Assembly: GCA_964016885.1 (NCBI GenBank) | Contig: OZ024760.1 | Coordinates: forward strand, 18,414,001-18,478,000 | Reading direction: 5' to 3' | Source: Eledone cirrhosa | Taxonomy: Eukaryota | Length of the DNA: 64,000 nt | Shown here: positions 56,490 to 64,000 of the stretch, piece by piece | Layout of the letters: each line of letters begins with the position of its first letter | How positions within the stretch are numbered: position 1 is the first letter of the stretch | Notes under the pieces: generated by a model | What the model was told of the DNA's origin: nothing | Database searches by the model: none | Seen by the model: only the letters and a program-made list of their open reading frames with translations | Position numbers and translations under genes: made by a program

Positions 56490-56780
56490 AAGGGTAAAGA
56501 CCCCCTTCGGTCACGAATGACCATGAGATTTGCTCTTAGAATGTTCCCCCTGAGGCAAAAGCCTAGGCAAGGTTGTTTGTGGAAGACCAGCAGTCACCCA
56601 TACATACCAGTTTCCCCTCCCCATGCCACCAATGTTGTCCAAGGGAAAGGCAATGGCTGATACAGCTTGGTACCAGTGACATCGCAATTCATTGCTGAGT
56701 GAACTGGAACAACGTGAAATAAAGTGTCTTGTTCAAGGATACAATACATCACCAGGTCCAGGAATCAAACTCACAATCCA
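56490..56780 (-). mobile_element. tRNA-derived SINE, 5'-truncated
   Basis: Minus strand gagtttgattcctggacc...ttgaacaagacactttatttcacgttg, as in the other SINE heads. Confidence 0.65.
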
Positions 56781-57179
56781 ACTATTAACTGTTGTTGTAC
56801 CATAGCTATATACAGCTTTAAATAAATAGCTGAAAAGTGGCTGACAAAGGTCTTACTGGTTGATGCAAAGACATCCTTGGTTATTTTGACAATTTTAGAG
56901 ATGTACTTCTTGAGATTGATGTTGTGGAGGGAGTATATGAGATCTGTGTATATATGTGGGTATATGTACAAATATATATATTTGCAATAAAATCCATATC
57001 AGTCAAGCTTGTTATCCAGTTTCGTCCTGTTTATATAGAGAGAAGTAGTCTATATTTACTTTTATGATAAGATTTTACATAACAGAACAGTCTCTTACCC
57101 TTGGATACAGAAATATGTAATACTTTGTCTTATCTGTATGGCATCAATAGATAGGGTTCATGGGTACTCCCAGGTCTCG

Positions 57180-57900
57180 AATAATCGTCCCTTCCCCCTG
57201 CTTATTAAATTTTACTAATCTATCTCCAGCGAAATAAGTGCTAGAATTCCTGCAACAATTAATTTTCTTTGTACATTAAAAAACAAAACATTATACATGA
57301 CAAAAAGCAGAACTACATCATAAGACTTATGATTAACAAACAACTCAACATTACCAAGCTTAAACCAGCTACATCAGTTATCGAGTCAAGAGTACTTAAA
57401 CTGTATGGTCATATCAAAAGATCAACTCGTGGTGTGAGTAAGTTAAAGCAGCCACACCAGTTATCAGATCAAAATTACTTAACCCTTTACTATTTACATT
57501 ACTCTATATTTACTATTGTATTTTCATGGTAAACACTTTATTTCACATAATATCTCACATAATATCGAATCAATTAGATTTTGATATTATTTATTTTGCG
57601 AACAATACCTTAACATAAGTAGGAGCAGCCAGTTATGGCCAGTTTGAACAGAATGAGGTGAGAGAATTCTAGCCAGATACAGCCGGTTTAAATGCTAAAG
57701 GGTTAAACTGTATGGTCATATCCAAAGATCAACTCGTGGCTTAACTAAGTTAAACCAATCACATCAGTTATCAAGTCAAGAGTACTTAAACTGTGTGGTC
57801 ATATCTAAAGATCAACTCATGGTGTGAGTAAGTTATGCCTAGAAGGAAAGTTAGCCGGTAAAAGAAGCAGAGGTCGAACACTGGCTTGATAATGTCAACT
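57180..57900 (+). mobile_element. Degraded RTE-like LINE C-terminus, internally duplicated and interrupted by a piggyBac-like MITE
   Basis: RVLKLYGHIKRS block repeated about 3 times, followed by LEGKLAGKRSRGR. Confidence 0.6.
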
Positions 57901-58116
57901 TATGGACTGGACTTGACCATGGCTCTTTAAACTCTTGTTGGTGATCAAACTTTGTGGAGAAGAATATCTCCTGCTGATACGCAGTCTGCAACTGGGAGAG
58001 TGAGTGTTTAGGAAGATCATCCCTAGACATCATGACAGGAAATCTTTTCAATTATTTGTCTCCCGTTTTTTTATTTGATAGCGTTAACGGAATATTTTTC
58101 TTGATTGTTTTTCCAG

Positions 58117-58280
58117 GTGAGGTGAGTTCACTGACAGGTAGCTATGACTTCAGCTACCATTGTGGAGGTGTTGTAGGAGGCTTGGCATTAATTCCCATTA
58201 CACTGTATATCTATTTCAAAGGCTGGGCTTCAGAGAATGACAAACGTGACTCCATACGAGGTGAAAAGACCGTTGAATGA
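58117..58280 (+). CDS. SLC16/MCT-like transporter, last exon (TGSYDFSYHCGG, TM12, stop)
   Basis: ttttccag acceptor, phase 1. TGSYxxxY motif; TGA at 58278-58280. Total CDS 1431 nt = 476 aa. Confidence 0.92.
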
Positions 58281-59695
58281 AGATAGTGATGTTACTGCTG
58301 ATGTTGTTGTTGTTGATGTTGTAGGACCCATCAACGCGACAACCACCCTCATATAATTTTTGTGTTAAATTTACATATGTAAAGATGTACAGATGTACAT
58401 CTTTACATTTGTACAACTTGACATCTGTAAAGATGTACATCTGAACATACATACTTCTTTACATACATATAGCTGTACATCTTTATGTAAGTACATCTGT
58501 ACATCTTTATGTCAATACATCTGTAAATATGTACATCTTAATGTATGTACATCTTTACATATGTATGTGTGAGATATCATAGTTATCAAACATGTAAATA
58601 TTAGATAATATTGGATAGCCAGTGTTTGTTGGTAGCCTCTAAAAACTCGTATTGATCAGCTAGCTGTGACCTGATGATGTCATTTATACATATTTCGTTA
58701 GCTTGCAATGCTAGAAATAGCAGCTAATTATCTTTCAAATCAAACTCCTGTGAACCCTCTTGAGAAAGGAAAGACCATATTGCTTAATATGGTCATAGAA
58801 ATTCCTTAAACAGATGGGATGGCCACAAATGGAATTTTATTCATCATGGTTGTCCTAGGGCTATGCAACATGGAGGCTGTTTTTGCAGTTAATACTGAGC
58901 AATGTGTCTGTTTCTATGGCAACAGCTTTATTAAATCAGGCATGATATCTCATTAACTTTATATATATATATTTATAGAGAGAGAGATATATATATAGAT
59001 ATATAGATATATGTATGTATGTGTATGTCTGTATATATATATATGTGTGTGTGTATATATATATATAATAGATATTTGTATGTTCATATATCTACACATA
59101 AACACACACACATATATATATATATATACACACATACATAGATGTCTTACCCAGAGTTTCTTTAACAATAGCGGAAGCTCTCTAATTATATTTTTGTGAT
59201 TTCAAAATACTGACCAGTGATATAACTTAATCATCTCCAAAGATTTGACAATCAACATTTCACATCCATATTTCTAATGAAACACACACTATATATATAT
59301 GTGTGTGTGTATCTACATATATGTGTGTGTGTGTGTGTATCTACATATATATGTATGTGTGTGTGTGTGTGTGTGTCTACATGTATATATATGTGTGTGT
59401 GTGTGTGTATCTACATATATATGTATGTGCGTGTGTGTATATATACATATATATATATGTGTGTGTGTGTGTATCTACATATATGTGTGTGGGTGTGTAT
59501 ACATATATATGTGTGTGTGTGTGTGTATCTACATATATATGTGTGTGTGTGTGTGTGTCTACATATATATATGTGTGTGTGTGTGTGTATCTACATATAT
59601 ATGTGTGTGTGTGTATATACATGTATATATGTGTGTGTGTGTGTATCTACATATATATATATGTGTGTGTGTGTGTGTGTATCTACATATATATA

Positions 59696-60306
59696 CAGGG
59701 TGCGGACGATATTTGTTCGCAAGATTACTGTCTAGGAAAAAATAACACAGTAGTTTTATTTTTTAAGATATATTTGTCAAACTTGGGTCAGTTTGTCTTC
59801 ATGACTTCTTCTTTCAATCTCACTCGAGAAACCTGCCATTAGCTTTGATGACAGCCTCAAGGCGGCCTCGGAACCGGCTACAGGCCTTCGTCACTGTCTC
59901 CCGACTTAGGCCCCTAAAGGCACTTGTGATCCTGACCTTCAGATCATCTTTCATATTGCAGCTAGATCTGTTGGTGTCTCATTCCACTGCACCCCACACA
60001 AAGAAGTTGAGGGGGTTGCAGTCAGGCGAGCTGGGAAGCCAGATGTCAGGTGAAATGTGGTCGACGAAGTTCTCTCACAGCCAGGCTTGGGTCTTTCGGC
60101 TGGTATGGCAGGGCATCCTTCAGAACTTCAGACACTCCATCCTTCAGAACTTCCATGCTTCCCGAAATTGGTAAACACTACACCTGATATTCCCCCTCCG
60201 TACACATGCAAGCATGTTTGTGTGTGGTGTGTTGTATGGTTAATATGTGTTACAAATGCAATTTATTGTGATAACAACATTGTATACATTTTTGGGGGAC
60301 AGCCTG
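59696..60306 (-). mobile_element. Internally deleted Tc1/mariner (maT-like) transposon
   Basis: Minus strand DIWLPSSPDCNPLNFFVWG...KACSRFRGRLEAVIKANG. Ends TA-CAGG / CCTG-TA. Confidence 0.8.
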
Positions 60307-60919
60307 TATATATATGTGTGTGTGTGGCATGTTGTGTGGTTAATCTGTGTTAAAAATACAATTTAATGTGAGAACAACATTGTATAACTATGGTGGAAAT
60401 GGTATTTATTTTGTTATAGAAATATCTGCAAACTATTCTGAATAAAAAAAATGTTTAAAACTCATTTATGACAAAAATATATTGGTTCCTTATTTAGGCA
60501 CAAGACCAACAATTTTGGAGGAGGGGAAGTCGATTAAATCAACCCCAGTGTATCACTGGTACTTTATTTTATCAACCCTGTTAGGATGAAAGGCAAAGTT
60601 AACCTCAGATAAACAATTTTGGGGAAAGGGAAAGTCGATTAAATTGATCTCAGTACATTACTGGTACTATATTTTACAAACAAACAAAAAACGAAAATGA
60701 AAGAGATACAAATCAAATAGACAAAGTGTGGTGGAAATGGCAGACTTTACACCCTAGACAGGGTGGTATATCTCAACTGTACCCCCACAGCCAACAATAC
60801 CAGCTTAGTATTATAAAACTTGGGGTTTCAGGTGGTTTCGCATCAAAAGGGTTAAGAGCCTAAATGTACGTAAAACAAGGTCACACTCACACACACTCAC
60901 TCACTCACTCACTCACTCA

Positions 60920-60988
<69 letters not shown>

Positions 60989-61070
60989 ATTCACACACTC
61001 ACTCACACACTCATTCACACACTCACTCACACACTCACTCACTCACTCACTCTATATATATATATATATA

Positions 61071-61370
61071 TAGTTATGTAATAAACAACATAAGGCAATT
61101 ATTTCATTTACCAGTTGTTTCTTAAAAGCAAACAAATTTTGCTTTCAATCATCAGAATAAAAAATCCCGGTGTATTTATTGACATTGGATGAATGTCAAT
61201 AAATACACCAGGATTTTTTAACTCTGATGATTGAAAGCAAAATTTGTTTGCTTTTAAGAAACCACTGGTAAATGAAATAATTGCCTTATGTTGTTTATTA
61301 CATAACTATTAAGCTCTGTAACCTACATTGAGCACTCTTATTTCCTGGACCTTTCCTACGGAATTACTTC
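61071..61370 (+). mobile_element. Family F palindromic element
   Basis: Inverted arms of ~115 bp around 61190 plus tail. Tail-only copy at ~51980-52046. Confidence 0.75.
61217..61277 (+). ncRNA. Type I hammerhead ribozyme (family F); mirror copy at 61102-61162 (-)
   Basis: CTGATGA-ttgaaagcaaa(atttg)tttgcttttaa-GAAACCA(c)TGGTA. In the mirror arm stem I is ttttatt/aatgaaa. Confidence 0.82.
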
Positions 61371-61635
61371 ATTCATACATATATATATATATATAAATAT
61401 CGGACCGAGGAAACAATGTTTCCGTTGGTCTTTCCAATTACTAATACTATCTATCAGTCACAACTCCAGGTAGAAGGAGCAACGTGAAATAAAATGTCTT
61501 GCTCAAGAACATTATGCATCGTGAATCCAGTTCTCTAACCAATCAGCCACGTGCCTTCACTATATATATATATATGTTTAATATAGAAATGGCTTCTACA
61601 GGACTAGAACTGTTACATTCGGGAGAAATCATCAG

Positions 61636-61686
61636 GGCTTCCTGATGATTTCTCCCAAATGAAACAGTTCTAGTCCTGTAGAAGCC
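61636..61686 (+). ncRNA. Type I hammerhead ribozyme (family B, ggcttc/gaagcc stem I variant)
   Basis: ggcttc-CTGATGA-tttctcccaaat-GAAACAG(ttctagtc)CTGTA-gaagcc. Related copies at ~20479-20570, 31422-31471, 52681-52725 and 9108-9158. Confidence 0.75.
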
Positions 61687-61769
61687 ATTTCTATATTAAA
61701 TATTTATACTCTGCTATGTATTGAGTACCTTACTTACTGTGGTTAACCCCGATTGAACCCAGGATAAAC

Positions 61770-61800
<31 letters not shown>

Positions 61801-62116
61801 ATGCCAGTTGAAGGAAGACGTGGTAGAGGTAGACCACAAAAAACATGGGCGGAGGTGGTGAGAGCAGACCTCAGATCGCTGAAGCTCACGGTGGAGATGA
61901 CGAAGGACCGTGACAAGTGGAGAGATGCTGTGTTGAATAGGACCCGTCCCACCCTTGCAAGCAGGGAAAAGCGGACGTAAAATGATGATGATATATAATA
62001 TATAATATATATATAATCAAAAGTATATATTGAGTTAAAACCTCAAATTTGTCCCTTATAATCAAAATAGCTCAAGGGAAAAATATTCCAAGCCTAATAA
62101 TACCATAAAGAGGTAG

Positions 62117-62145
<29 letters not shown>

Positions 62146-62148
<3 letters not shown>

Positions 62149-62562
62149 AAAGTTTTATTTAAAATTGTTGGGTTACAACGAGTAAATATTTTATAACTGA
62201 TATAAAGCACTCAACAAGTTTTGGAGTAGATATACGATATTAAACAAATGGAAACTATATTTATAAAACCATATTTATTTCATTATACATATTTCAGGGA
62301 TACCATATTAAAAATATGGCATGCCTTCTTCAGATAAAATACAATATATAAGCAGTTTTATAAATAAATTTGACTACCAAACCAACTTCTCAAATGGAAG
62401 TTGATCAATATTTATGGTACGTCAAATTTATTTATAAAACTGCTTATATATTGTATTTTATCTGAAGAAGGCATGCCATATTTTTAATATGGTATCCCTG
62501 AAATATGTATAATGAAATAAATATGGTTTTATAAATATAGTTTCCATTTGTTTAATATCGTA
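62146..62562 (-). mobile_element. Family E palindromic element; second copy at 63230-63622
   Basis: Near-perfect inverted arms of ~140 bp (62232-62374 / 62421-62562), each with a hammerhead; (TA)n on both sides. Confidence 0.78.
62454..62519 (+). ncRNA. Type I hammerhead ribozyme (family E); mirror copy at 62276-62341 (-)
   Basis: tattttat-CTGAAGA-aggcatgccatatt(ttt)aatatggtatccct-GAAATA(tg)TATA-atgaaata. Confidence 0.85.
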
Positions 62563-63513
62563 TATATATCTATATATATATATATAGATATATATACTAC
62601 CTCTTTATGGTATTATTAGGCTTGGAATATATATATTGAATATATTGAAAGGATAACAAGGACGATTGGTTACTCCTTCATTGCATTTATTGTAGGTGAC
62701 GCGCGTTCGATCTGTATCGATCATACCCGACTCAATAATCGGCAGCTCAGCGGAACCTTTTAAAATGCTATAACTCCAAGTTACACCCCCTGTATGTATA
62801 TATATATATATATATGCGTTAACCTAATATATACTGTACCGATTGTGTTGTTATTTCTGTTTACCTTTTACATACATATACTACCATACCCCACCCCATC
62901 CACACCGCCCCTTTCAATGTAAAGTTATGTTGGTGCCACAACATCCAGGCCGAAACATATGAGATCGTGTAGGTGTCATGACAAAAAAAAACACAGAGTC
63001 CACGCTGTACTGTGGCCGTGTAGGCAACACGGTAAAAACCTCCCAGCCCCACACTGTAAATGTGGTTGGTGTTAGGAAGGGCATCCAACTGTAGAAAACC
63101 CGCCAGACAGTCCTATACGAGCAAGACAACTACTCTTGCCTTCTTGCCTCAAGTGGGAAAACTCCCGTCCAAACCCATGCAAGCGTGGGACATGGACGTT
63201 AAACGATGATGATATATATATATATATATGTAAAAGTTCTATATAAATTGTTGGGATACAACAAGCAAATATTTTTATAACTGATATAAAGCACTCAACA
63301 AATAATTGGAGTAAAAATACGATATATTAACAAATGGAAACTATATTTATAAAACCATATTTATTTCATTATACATATTTTTAAAAATATCCAATACAAA
63401 TTTACATAATAGTATAAATAAAGTTATAACCCCACTACCCGGGAGCTTCCAACAGTAATGGTTGCATTCTTTAAGGGTATGTCAATATTTACTTATAAAA
63501 CTGCTCTATATTA

Positions 63514-63578
63514 TATTTTATCTGATGAAAGCACACCATAATTTAACTTGGTGTCCTTGAAATATGTATAATGAAATA
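63514..63578 (+). ncRNA. Type I hammerhead ribozyme (family E, second element)
   Basis: tattttat-CTGATGA-aagcacacca(taatttaact)tggtgtcctt-GAAATA(tg)TATA-atgaaata. Compensatory stem II changes relative to the 62454 copy. Confidence 0.85.
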
Positions 63579-63620
63579 AATATGGTTTTATAAATATAGT
63601 TTCCATTTGTTAATATATCG

Positions 63621-63652
<32 letters not shown>

Positions 63653-64000
63653 CTGTATATATATATTGCTCTCTCTCCACCCTGCCAAAGAAGCACTTTA
63701 GATAATTGCTGGGGTAAGGGTAGGGTGTCACCATTCAGTTTGAAAGATAAAACTTGAGAGAGAGGGAGAGAGTTGGATGTGGATCAACTGAATTGATTGA
63801 GAATGGAGAGAAGCAAGAATTGATCTCTCAAGAGAAAGATAGAAAGAGTATGAGGTGTTGAGAGAGAGAAAGAGTAAGACGCGAGTGGGAAGAAATTGAG
63901 AGAGAGAGAGAAAAGAAGAAATTGAAGAGAAAGGAATTGAGAGAGGGAGAGAGTAAAGGATTGAGAGAGAGAAAGACTAAGGCTTGAGTGGAAAGAAATT

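Overview
Eukaryotic, microsatellite-rich genomic DNA. The repeat content (CORE-type tRNA SINEs, RTE LINE tails, long (TA)n/(CA)n/(GGT)n tracts) suggests a coleoid cephalopod (inference). I reconstructed two spliced genes by hand, both largely missed by the ORF track: a 3-exon CDC42 small effector (CRIB protein, 111 aa; 253-11180) and a 7-coding-exon SLC16/MCT-type MFS transporter (476 aa; 37560-58280). Mobile elements include SINEs, RTE and CRE LINE fragments, a Tc1/mariner relic, piggyBac-like and pogo-like MITEs, and several minisatellites. The most striking signal is about 11 sequence-unrelated families of short elements sitting in (TA)n tracts. Most are asymmetric palindromes carrying type I hammerhead ribozymes (many with intact cores and covarying stems). 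The unpaired 3' tail of eight families folds into the same bulged hairpin, RCTC-stem-loop-stem-TY-GAGY. They look like minimal Penelope-like retroelement derivatives sharing a cis signal. All structures were folded by eye; repeat boundaries are approximate.
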